From: a virus
Direction: 5' to 3' (one strand)
DNA length: 64,000 bases
Virus record (IMG/VR): IMGVR_UViG_3300017774_005745
Location: 32,001 to 96,000 of that record
A program made the translations under genes and the position numbers. The notes beneath the pieces were generated by a model. That model did not search any database and was not told the origin of the DNA. It saw only the letters and a list, made by a program, of their open reading frames with translations. Below, piece after piece: positions 35,618-43,762 of this stretch. Every line of letters begins with the position of its first letter. Positions within the stretch are counted from its first letter, which is position 1.

Positions 35618-36003
35618 TTGGGAGGCATCCGAATCACGAGTTGAAGTACCGGAGAACCGAAGCCGCAAGTAGTACAGCCATCCAGGATTCTGTCGTTGTC
35701 TACGAGCACATACTCATCTGGAAAGCCGTAGTACTTGCTTCCTTGATAGAAGCCCGGAAGCGACCTCTGGGTGTTGTCCAGGTCGTGCTCGAAGGAGTCT
35801 TTGATACACTGGTCACACTCCCACGATACAAGGCAGTTGGTGGTTTGTATGAGGTGCTTTATCCATCGATCCATGATGGGACACTCACAACAGTCGTACG
35901 GTTTATCGCACTTTCCAACTGTTCGGTGTGGTGCATTTGCTCCTCCATTTACCTCGAAGAGGAGCGGGCAAAATGCCATTCTAAATTCGCTCTCATCATG
36001 CAT
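35614..36003 (-). CDS. Cys-rich hypothetical protein
   Basis: FCP...KCD...CCECP...ECDQC...GCTTCG. Confidence 0.65.
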   Translation of the reverse strand: MHDESEFRMAFCPLLFEVNGGANAPHRTVGKCDKPYDCCECPIMDRWIKHLIQTTNCLVSWECDQCIKDSFEHDLDNTQRSLPGFYQGSKYYGFPDEYVLVDNDRILDGCTTCGFGSPVLQLVIRMPPK

Positions 36004-36244
36004 TTATTCTGCTCAGTGCAAGTTGGAAGCGGGTGTGAAAGTACAGCACAAAACTAAGAGTGAATGAGGCCAGGAACAGTTTCCACATTTTTACCTCTCT
36101 TCTTTTTCTCTTTCTTCTTGGCCTTTTGAATCCAGAACAGAATGTGCCCCAAGATAGCGTTATCCATATCTTCTTGGTGCATTTGGAGCTGCGACCGCTC
36201 TTCCAAGTGTCCCCCGTATATGAAGGCCAGCTTTTTGCTGACAA
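35996..36244 (-). CDS. Possible small protein(s); frame uncertain
   Basis: TTG after AAGGAG. Alternatives are a 30-aa hydrophobic peptide (MWKLFLASF..., GAGGT RBS) or another frame (KKLAFIYGGHLEE...). Confidence 0.3.
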   Translation of the reverse strand: MSAKSWPSYTGDTWKSGRSSKCTKKIWITLSWGTFCSGFKRPRRKRKRREVKMWKLFLASFTLSFVLYFHTRFQLALSRINA

Positions 36245-36247
36245 CTC

Positions 36248-36274
36248 CTTATACCCAGACAGTTGAATGACTTT
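36248..36274 (-). promoter_or_regulatory. Putative phage promoter, MAARW-N14-GGNATAAG class
   Basis: Minus strand AAAGT-CATTCAACTGTCTG-GGTATAAG at the head of islet 1. Confidence 0.5.
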
Positions 36275-36275
36275 G

Positions 36276-36303
36276 TTGACCTGGCCTCAGCGATGACGAT
36301 AAG
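36276..36303 (+). promoter_or_regulatory. Putative sigma70-like promoter for the RNAP gene
   Basis: TTGACC-N16-GATAAG about 90 nt upstream of GTG 36395. Confidence 0.4.
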
Positions 36304-36394
36304 GTCGTATTTCAAGGTTCAATGACCTCTGCTGCGATGAGGTAGAGCCGGGAACGCCATAAACCACTGCGCAGGGTGGCCGAAAGAGGATGAC

Positions 36395-39300
36395 GTGGAT
36401 AACCTGACTCCAGAAGGTTCGTTCGACGTATTGAAGAACAATATCACCACTACCATCTCTTCTTTCTTTCCGTACGAAGGAAAAACGCGCCGTCTCCAGA
36501 TTGACAAAATCTGGGTGGACGACAAGCTCAATACCGAAGACATCCAGTCCCAAGCCCAGGCAAAGGACATGGATAGGACGTGGGGCGTTCCCGTTAAGGC
36601 GGACATCTCGCTCGTCGATAAGTTGACCGGCAAGGTCATTGATAAGAAGTCGATGACTGTTGCAAGACTTCCGAAGCTCACCAATCGATACGGATTCATT
36701 GTCGATGGAAATGAGTATCAGGTCGACCACCTGTTTCGTTTGAAGTCGGGAGTATACTCCCGCATCCAGGACAACGGTGACTTGGAGTCCGAGTTCAACC
36801 TTGTTCGTGGTCCTGCCGGTAACCGCTTCTCCATCAAGCTAGAAAGAGAGAAGAAGAGATTCTTCATCAAGAAGGGCGATGCACACATCCCTCTCTATCC
36901 CATCCTCAAGGCGATGGGAGTCTCAGATGATCAGATGGAGAAGGACTGGGGAAAGGAAATCTTTCTCGCGAATAAGCCCAAGACAGAAGACAAGACCCTC
37001 AAGTCGCTTCAGTCTTTCTTCAAGAAGACCTCCTTCGATGATGTCGTTGAGCCTACCGATGTAGCAGGCTACGGTAAGTACGTTCACGACTTCTTCGAGA
37101 AGACGGTTCTTCGCCCCGACACGACAAAGATTACTCTCGGTCGAGAGGCGTCTAAAGTAGACGGCCAGGTTCTTCAGATTGCTGCGAACAAGATTCTCGG
37201 TGTCTCTAGAGGAACGCATCAGCCAGACGACCGAGATAGCCTCGCCTTCAAGGAGATTGTCTCGGTCGAGGACTTCCTTCCTGAGAAGATTGAACGCGCT
37301 GCCAAGACCATCAAATCAAAGCTTCGCAACACGATTGACCTCAAGGACAAGCTGTCTGTGTCTGAGGTTGTATCAGCGGACCTCTTTGCCCGCCCCATCC
37401 GTGAGTTCTTCACAAAGGGCGGCTCACTGACAGAGCGACCGGACCAGACGAACCCAATCTCAATGATGTCCGGTCATCGTAAGACCACCCTCATGGCCTC
37501 GGACTTGGGCGGTATCAAGCGAGACCACTCACTCACCGATGAGATGCGTGTCGTGAATCCGAGCCACTTCGGCTTCCTCGACCCAATGCACACGCCTGAG
37601 TCTGAGCGTACTGGCATCACCCTGCATCTTGGCATGGCTGCTCGAAAGAATGGAAAGGAGCTGGAGACTCCTGTCTTCGACATCAAGAAGAACAGCATTC
37701 AGTACATGACGGCTCCCGCGTTCCACGAAGTGTCGGCGGTTCTTCCCGACCAGGTTCGTTGGGTCAAAGGAAAGCCAGTTCCAGTTGCTCCAACGGTCAA
37801 GGTCAAGCTCCCAGGCGGCTCCATTGAGCTCCGACCATTCTCTGAGGCTTCGTTCGTATTGCCCTCCTCCAAGGGCATGTTCGATATGGCCTCGAACCTG
37901 ATTCCCTTCCTTGCATCCAATCAAGGAAACCGCGTCTCGATGGCGGACAAGCAGATGGAGCAGGCTATCAGTTTGAAGTTCCGTGAGTCGCCTCTTGTGC
38001 AGTCTAAGACGGACCACGCTCAAGCTGGAATGACCTTCGAGAAAGTACTCGGAGGATTCAGTTCGCACAGAGCCTCTGTTTCAGGAACTATCAAGTCAAT
38101 CAAAGACGACCACATCGTCATCAACGACGGTAAGAAGAACCACCAAGTTCACCTCTACAATCACTTTCCCTTGAATGACCCGAAGGGAATGATGCACTCT
38201 GAGGCGGTGGTTGCTGTTGGAGACAAGGTCACTCAAGGACAGGTTATCGCCGACACCAACTTCACCAAGAAGGGTGTCTTGGCTCTTGGGTCCAACCTTC
38301 GAGTTGGTTACATCCCGTACAAGGGGTACAACTACGAAGACGGTATCGTCATCTCCGAGACGGCGTCTCAGAAGCTCAGCTCAGAGCACTTGCATAAGAA
38401 GTCGGTTGAGTTCGACCCAGAGAACGATGTGGTCTCGAAGCAGAAGTTCCTGTCGTTCGCCGCGACACGGGCCAATCAGCTTACGAAAGAGCAAATCAAT
38501 CTCCTCGACGATGATGGTATCGTTCGAGTTGGTTCGAAGGTCAGTCCTGGGCAGGTGCTGATTGCCGCCGTCGGAAAGAACCTCGCGTCGCGCCAGAGTG
38601 GGGCTCTTGCTGCCCTCGGCAAGAGAGCATTCCAGCCATACAAGGATAAGTCACTTGTATGGGATGAAGACCATCAGGGAGAGGTCGTCAAGGTAATCAA
38701 AGACCCGTCTGGAAAGAGTGCGAAGGTCTACGTCAAGACAGTCGAACCTCTCGTTATCGGCGACAAGCTCTCAGGACGGCACGGTAACAAGGGCATCGTG
38801 ACCATGATCCTTCCGGACCATGAGATGCCATTCACCAAGGACGAGAAGGGGGAGAAGAGACCTCTTGAGGTTCTTCTCAACCCTACTGGCGTTCCGACTC
38901 GAATCAACGTCGGACAGGTGCTTGAGACTGCCGCTGGGAAGATTGCGGAGAAGACGGGCAAGACATACATCGTCAATAACTTCGAAGGACCCATCTCGGA
39001 CAACACCCAGAAGGTCATTCAAGAGCTCAAGCAGCACGGTCTCTCAGACGAAGAGAACGTCTACGACCCAATGCACCCGAGTAAGGTCCTTGGTTCTGTT
39101 CTCGTCGGTCCTCAGCACCTTCTCAAGCTCAAGCACCAAGTAGAGAAGAAGCTCACCGTTCGAGGCGGCGGGACTGACCTCAATGGACGCCCTCTCACCT
39201 ACGACGTCGACAAGTCTCCTACGAAAGGTGGCGAACGAGGCGGTCAAGGAGTTGGAGCTCTCGACTTCTACTCTCTGTTGGCGCACAACGCTCGTCACAA

Positions 39301-42300
39301 CATTCGTGAGATGGCGACGTACAAGTCTGACATGCAGGATTCTACCTTCTGGAACATGATTCAAGAAGGGTATGAGCCGCCGCCACCGAAGGCTCCCTTT
39401 AGCTATCAGAAGTTCGTTGGTCTCTTGAACGGACTGGGCGTGAATGTCGATAAGAAGGGCTCTGTTCTTCAGCTCACTCCGCTCACCGATGCAAAGGTAA
39501 TGGAGATGGCAGGAGGAGCACGCGGTGAGCTCTCGAAGCCTCACCTCCTGCTTCGTGCAAAAGACTTGAGAGAAGAGAAGGGTGGCCTCTTCGACCCCAT
39601 CGCTACAGGCGGTCTCTCTGGCAACAAGTGGAGCTTCATCAAGCTCATCGAGCCAATCCCAAATCCCATCTTCGTTGGCTCAAACCACCGGCCTGGACCC
39701 GTTCCTTCCCTTCTTGGATTGAAGATGAAGGAGTTCGAGTCTGTGATGACGGGGGAGACGAAGCTCAATGGAAAGACGGGAGGGCATGCAGTCCTCGATG
39801 CTCTCAAGAAGGTGGATGTTCCTGGAGAGATGAAGTCTCTCCGAGAGAAGCTCCCGACACTTACTGGAGCTGACCTGGACAGAGCAAACAAGAAGCTGAA
39901 GTACCTCATGGCTCTCTCTGAGACAGGGCTGAGTCCCGACGTGGCGTACATGATGAAGGTGGTTCCGGTCCTTCCTCCTGCTTTCAGACCCGCGACCGTT
40001 ACCCACAAGGGAGACCTTCAAACTTCGTCACTCAACGGTCTCTACAAGAACATCGCAATCCTCAACAACAAGCTCACTGAGGTTGATCCGAGAACGTACT
40101 CAGAGACGCACAGAGCTCCGCTACGTTCTCAACTCTATGAGAGCGTGAAAGCGCTGCAGTCTATTGGCGGTTCTGTCGGTTACGACATGGATACTCCTGC
40201 GAGCTCCAAGAGAGCCCTGAAGGGTATCCTTGACATCATCGGAGGAGGAGAGGGAGAGCAGCCTAAGGATGCCTTCTTCCAATCCAGACTCATCAAGCGC
40301 CGTCAGAACCTTTCGATTCGTTCTACCATCGTTCCAGAGCCCAAGCTTGGAATTGACGAGGTCGGTCTCCCTCGTGGTGCGGCAATGGAGCTCTACAAGC
40401 CATTCGTTGTCGCCGAACTCTTCAAGACGGGCTTCCGGCCTCTTGATGCGCAGCTTGAGATGAAGAAGGGGTCGAAGGTCGCATTCGATGCTCTTGAGCG
40501 TGTGGTGAAGGACCGTCCTCTTCTTTTGAAGCGTGACCCCTCTCTCCACAAGTTCTCAGTCATGGCGTTCACCCCGAAGCTGATTGAGGGCAAGGCTATT
40601 CAAATCCACCCTCTCGTCACTGGCGGCTATAACGCAGACTTCGACGGGGATACCATGGCAGGGACTGTTCCTCTCACCAGAGAGGCAGTCGATGAAGCGA
40701 AGAAGATGTTCCCGTCTAAGAACCTCTTCTCGCCGACAACTGGCGCTGTCATGTACTCGCCAACTCAAGATTCAATGTTGGGACTCCACCTCATCTCTCG
40801 ATGGGGCACTAAGACGTCCAAGACCTTCGCGTCTCCAATCGAGCTCAACAAGGCCTTCGACAAGGGTGAGGTGACTCCGACAGACGTAGTGAAGGTCGGA
40901 GGGAAGGAAACGACTCTTGGTCGGCTTCTCTTGGAGTCGAGAATGCCGAGAGACTTCCACCTCAATAAGGACATTCTCCACAACCCTCTTTGGGTCATTG
41001 ATAAGAAGTCACTGACTTCTCAAATCATCACTCCGCTTGCAAAGAACCATACGAGAGACTTCGCCCATGTCGTTGACCAATTGAAGGACCTGGGTAACGA
41101 GTGGGCCTACAAGATGGGGTTCTCGTTCGGTCTGAAGGACCTTGCGACGATTCCGCAGCGTGGGAAGATTCTTGGAGATGCCAACAAGCTCGCCATCGAC
41201 ATCAAGAAGAATGTCAAAGACAAGGGAGAGCAAGACAAGCAACTCATCGAAGTCTACCAGAAGGCCACAGAGCAACTGGAGCACGCAGCCAGAATGCCTT
41301 CAGGTCAGAACAGACTGGCAGACATGGTTATCTCTGGGGCACGTGGTAAGCCTGAGCAGCTTCGCCAGATGATTGCGGCTCCCATGCTGGTCCAAGACTC
41401 CCATAACAACACCATACCGACCCCTATCCTTCGAAACTACGCAGAGGGATTGGATATTGGAGATTATTGGCTCGCACAGCACGGTGCTCGAAAGGGCACT
41501 TTGCAGCGCGTTCTTGGCACTTCTGAGCCTGGTGTTGTTTCGAAGGACATCATCAACTCCACTATCGCCACCATCATCGCCTCTCCTGACTGTAAGACGA
41601 CGCATGGGATGCTTATGGAGGTCGGTCACAAAGACATCAACGACCGCTACCTCTCAAAGAGCTACAAGCTCAAAGACGGACACGAGATCAAGGCAGGCAC
41701 CCTCATCACTCCGGAAGTTCTCAACCACTTCAAGAACTCAAAGATTGATAAGGTCTTGGTACGGTCTCCTCTTAAGTGCCAGCACGGAGAGGGAATCTGT
41801 GCGAAGTGCTTTGGTCTGAACGAGAGCGGCAAGCTCCACGAAGTCGGCATCAACATCGGAGTGCTTGCAGGGCAGGCACTCTCAGAGCCTGCTGTTCAGA
41901 TGGCGATGGATGCCTTCCATACGGGAGGTGTTGCATCCGGTAGAGGTGCAATGTCTGTGGACCGTCTGACTCGTCTCAGGAACGCGCTGAATCTTCCAGC
42001 AAAGCTCAAGAACTCTGCTACACTCTCAAGAGTCACTGGTAAGATTACAAACATCAAGAAGGACGCCGTCGGTGGTGTGGACCTCTTCATTGGAGACGAG
42101 AAGCACTTCGTTCCAAAGGACCTGGTCAATCACGACATCAAGGTGGGGGACGAGGTCAAGAAAGGACAGCAGGTCTCTCACGGATTCACGAACCCACACC
42201 ATCTTCTCCCACTCACTGACATGCACACTGTTCAGAACCACCTGACCAATGAGATGTATGGTGGGCTGTATGAGAAGGAAGGCGTTCGAAAGAGAAATGT

Positions 42301-42658
42301 CGAGGTCGTCGTACGTGCTCTCACGAATCTAACGAAGGTAAAGGACCCAGGGTCGAGCGACTTCATGCAGGGCGATATCGTTCCGACTTCTGTCGTTGAG
42401 GAGTTGAATAGAGGCCTGTCGAAGGATAAGAAGCACATCACACACGGGCCTATACTGAAGAGCATCTCTCAGATTCCGCTCACAGGAACGACCGACTGGA
42501 TGAGTCGCTTGAACTACAGAGAACTTCACAGCACTCTGCAACAGGCGGCGGCACAAGGATGGAAGTCAGATATCCACGGCAAGAATCCAATCCCAGGCGC
42601 TGCCTTCGGTGCTGAATTCGGGAAGCCTTCTGCAGGTAAGCCTAAGGGTCACTACTAA
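36395..42658 (+). CDS. rpoBC: Single-chain DNA-directed RNA polymerase, beta-beta' fusion (2087 aa)
   Basis: Beta motifs GDKLSGRHGNKG (38759-38794), NPTGVPTRINVGQ and KLKHQVEKK; beta' motifs PVLPPAFRP, RDPSLH, NADFDGD (40631-40651), HGARKG, CKT...CQHGEGICAKC zinc site and QMAMDAFHTGG trigger loop; no internal stop. Confidence 0.97.
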   Translation: MDNLTPEGSFDVLKNNITTTISSFFPYEGKTRRLQIDKIWVDDKLNTEDIQSQAQAKDMDRTWGVPVKADISLVDKLTGKVIDKKSMTVARLPKLTNRYGFIVDGNEYQVDHLFRLKSGVYSRIQDNGDLESEFNLVRGPAGNRFSIKLEREKKRFFIKKGDAHIPLYPILKAMGVSDDQMEKDWGKEIFLANKPKTEDKTLKSLQSFFKKTSFDDVVEPTDVAGYGKYVHDFFEKTVLRPDTTKITLGREASKVDGQVLQIAANKILGVSRGTHQPDDRDSLAFKEIVSVEDFLPEKIERAAKTIKSKLRNTIDLKDKLSVSEVVSADLFARPIREFFTKGGSLTERPDQTNPISMMSGHRKTTLMASDLGGIKRDHSLTDEMRVVNPSHFGFLDPMHTPESERTGITLHLGMAARKNGKELETPVFDIKKNSIQYMTAPAFHEVSAVLPDQVRWVKGKPVPVAPTVKVKLPGGSIELRPFSEASFVLPSSKGMFDMASNLIPFLASNQGNRVSMADKQMEQAISLKFRESPLVQSKTDHAQAGMTFEKVLGGFSSHRASVSGTIKSIKDDHIVINDGKKNHQVHLYNHFPLNDPKGMMHSEAVVAVGDKVTQGQVIADTNFTKKGVLALGSNLRVGYIPYKGYNYEDGIVISETASQKLSSEHLHKKSVEFDPENDVVSKQKFLSFAATRANQLTKEQINLLDDDGIVRVGSKVSPGQVLIAAVGKNLASRQSGALAALGKRAFQPYKDKSLVWDEDHQGEVVKVIKDPSGKSAKVYVKTVEPLVIGDKLSGRHGNKGIVTMILPDHEMPFTKDEKGEKRPLEVLLNPTGVPTRINVGQVLETAAGKIAEKTGKTYIVNNFEGPISDNTQKVIQELKQHGLSDEENVYDPMHPSKVLGSVLVGPQHLLKLKHQVEKKLTVRGGGTDLNGRPLTYDVDKSPTKGGERGGQGVGALDFYSLLAHNARHNIREMATYKSDMQDSTFWNMIQEGYEPPPPKAPFSYQKFVGLLNGLGVNVDKKGSVLQLTPLTDAKVMEMAGGARGELSKPHLLLRAKDLREEKGGLFDPIATGGLSGNKWSFIKLIEPIPNPIFVGSNHRPGPVPSLLGLKMKEFESVMTGETKLNGKTGGHAVLDALKKVDVPGEMKSLREKLPTLTGADLDRANKKLKYLMALSETGLSPDVAYMMKVVPVLPPAFRPATVTHKGDLQTSSLNGLYKNIAILNNKLTEVDPRTYSETHRAPLRSQLYESVKALQSIGGSVGYDMDTPASSKRALKGILDIIGGGEGEQPKDAFFQSRLIKRRQNLSIRSTIVPEPKLGIDEVGLPRGAAMELYKPFVVAELFKTGFRPLDAQLEMKKGSKVAFDALERVVKDRPLLLKRDPSLHKFSVMAFTPKLIEGKAIQIHPLVTGGYNADFDGDTMAGTVPLTREAVDEAKKMFPSKNLFSPTTGAVMYSPTQDSMLGLHLISRWGTKTSKTFASPIELNKAFDKGEVTPTDVVKVGGKETTLGRLLLESRMPRDFHLNKDILHNPLWVIDKKSLTSQIITPLAKNHTRDFAHVVDQLKDLGNEWAYKMGFSFGLKDLATIPQRGKILGDANKLAIDIKKNVKDKGEQDKQLIEVYQKATEQLEHAARMPSGQNRLADMVISGARGKPEQLRQMIAAPMLVQDSHNNTIPTPILRNYAEGLDIGDYWLAQHGARKGTLQRVLGTSEPGVVSKDIINSTIATIIASPDCKTTHGMLMEVGHKDINDRYLSKSYKLKDGHEIKAGTLITPEVLNHFKNSKIDKVLVRSPLKCQHGEGICAKCFGLNESGKLHEVGINIGVLAGQALSEPAVQMAMDAFHTGGVASGRGAMSVDRLTRLRNALNLPAKLKNSATLSRVTGKITNIKKDAVGGVDLFIGDEKHFVPKDLVNHDIKVGDEVKKGQQVSHGFTNPHHLLPLTDMHTVQNHLTNEMYGGLYEKEGVRKRNVEVVVRALTNLTKVKDPGSSDFMQGDIVPTSVVEELNRGLSKDKKHITHGPILKSISQIPLTGTTDWMSRLNYRELHSTLQQAAAQGWKSDIHGKNPIPGAAFGAEFGKPSAGKPKGHY

Positions 42659-43749
42659 TGGCTGTTACAAATCAAGGAACAATCCCGGCGTTCATCGAGT
42701 CGGGTAGAGTACTCGATGTCGATATCAGTTCGTTCACTCTCTCTGTTACGACTCAGTTCTCGAAGAAGCCCCAGACCGGAATTACCTGGTCCTCTCCATA
42801 TCTTCACTTTGTGAATGGAGAAGGAATCCACTTCATGCCGGAGGTTGGGAGTCTTTGTTGGATTTGTTTCCCCTCTGATGGAAACCGGCCCTTTGTACTT
42901 GGATGGGCTCCTGCTGCAGACGAAGGAAACTTCAGAGCACGCAGGCCAGACATGAATCCTGGTGACCTCTACCTCGGCACACGAGACGAGAACTTCCTGA
43001 TTCTCCGTCGTGGTGGGGTAGTTCAAATCGGGGGAGGCCCGCTTTCTCAACGGCTCTTTCTCCCCGTCACAAATACAATCAAGGATTTCTGTGAGAACTA
43101 CTCTCTCCAGACTCTTGGAGGAGAGCTCAGTTGGACTGTTCAGAGGTCTGAAAACGATACCGACGGCAACAGACCCACTGTCTTGAAGGTCCAGGCAAGA
43201 GAGTTCGCTTCGGACGAGAAACCCCTTGCAGAGCTTCAAGTCGGTTCCCACGGAAGCGGCCAGAATACTATCTTGAGTCTGACAATCAAAGAATCTGGAT
43301 CTCAAGGAGCTGCGAGGAAGATTTCCCTTACACTCGGTAAAGATGGGAATGTGACCTGGGAAGTTGCTAAAGACGTCGTCTGGACAGTTCAGGGCAAGTT
43401 TACCATCGACGCCCAGCAGGATGTGACTGTAAAGAGCGCGGCTAAGGTCACCGTCAGTGGTGGGAGTACGGTTGAAGTACAAGGCCAGAGTGGTGTAACA
43501 ATTGAATCTGCTGTTGGAATCATCAACGTTAAAGCATCTACGATTAAAATGGGCTCTATGGTCTTGGTCGGAAATGCACCCCAACCGGTGGCACTTGCTC
43601 CTGCCTTGATAGGTTGGCTAGCAGCTCACATCCATTCTATCGTCCCAAACCCTGCCCTCGCTCTTCCAGGACCGCCTCAACCGACGACCCCTCCATTGGT
43701 GCCACCACCTGCACCTGCAATGACTTCGACCACTCTTCTGGCAACCTGA
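42658..43749 (+). CDS. Baseplate central spike (gpV/Gp5 OB-fold type)
   Basis: GEGIHFMPEVGSLCWICF OB-fold motif; C-terminal beta-strand repeats (VTWEVAKDVVWTVQGKFTIDAQQDVTVK); terminal HIH metal-binding tip motif. Confidence 0.75.
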   Translation: MAVTNQGTIPAFIESGRVLDVDISSFTLSVTTQFSKKPQTGITWSSPYLHFVNGEGIHFMPEVGSLCWICFPSDGNRPFVLGWAPAADEGNFRARRPDMNPGDLYLGTRDENFLILRRGGVVQIGGGPLSQRLFLPVTNTIKDFCENYSLQTLGGELSWTVQRSENDTDGNRPTVLKVQAREFASDEKPLAELQVGSHGSGQNTILSLTIKESGSQGAARKISLTLGKDGNVTWEVAKDVVWTVQGKFTIDAQQDVTVKSAAKVTVSGGSTVEVQGQSGVTIESAVGIINVKASTIKMGSMVLVGNAPQPVALAPALIGWLAAHIHSIVPNPALALPGPPQPTTPPLVPPPAPAMTSTTLLAT

Positions 43750-43762
43750 TTCAAGGAGACCT

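Noticed and set aside
36325-36390. Hammerhead ribozyme in the RNAP leader (CTGCGATGAG...CCGAAA)
   Set aside because: The core must be CUGAUGA; here it is CUGCGAUGA, and stems I-III cannot be assembled.
36395-42658. Bacterial chromosomal rpoB-rpoC operon
   Set aside because: No flanking rplK/rplA/rplL/rpsL genes; neighbours are portal, spike and terminase; conserved motifs are heavily diverged.
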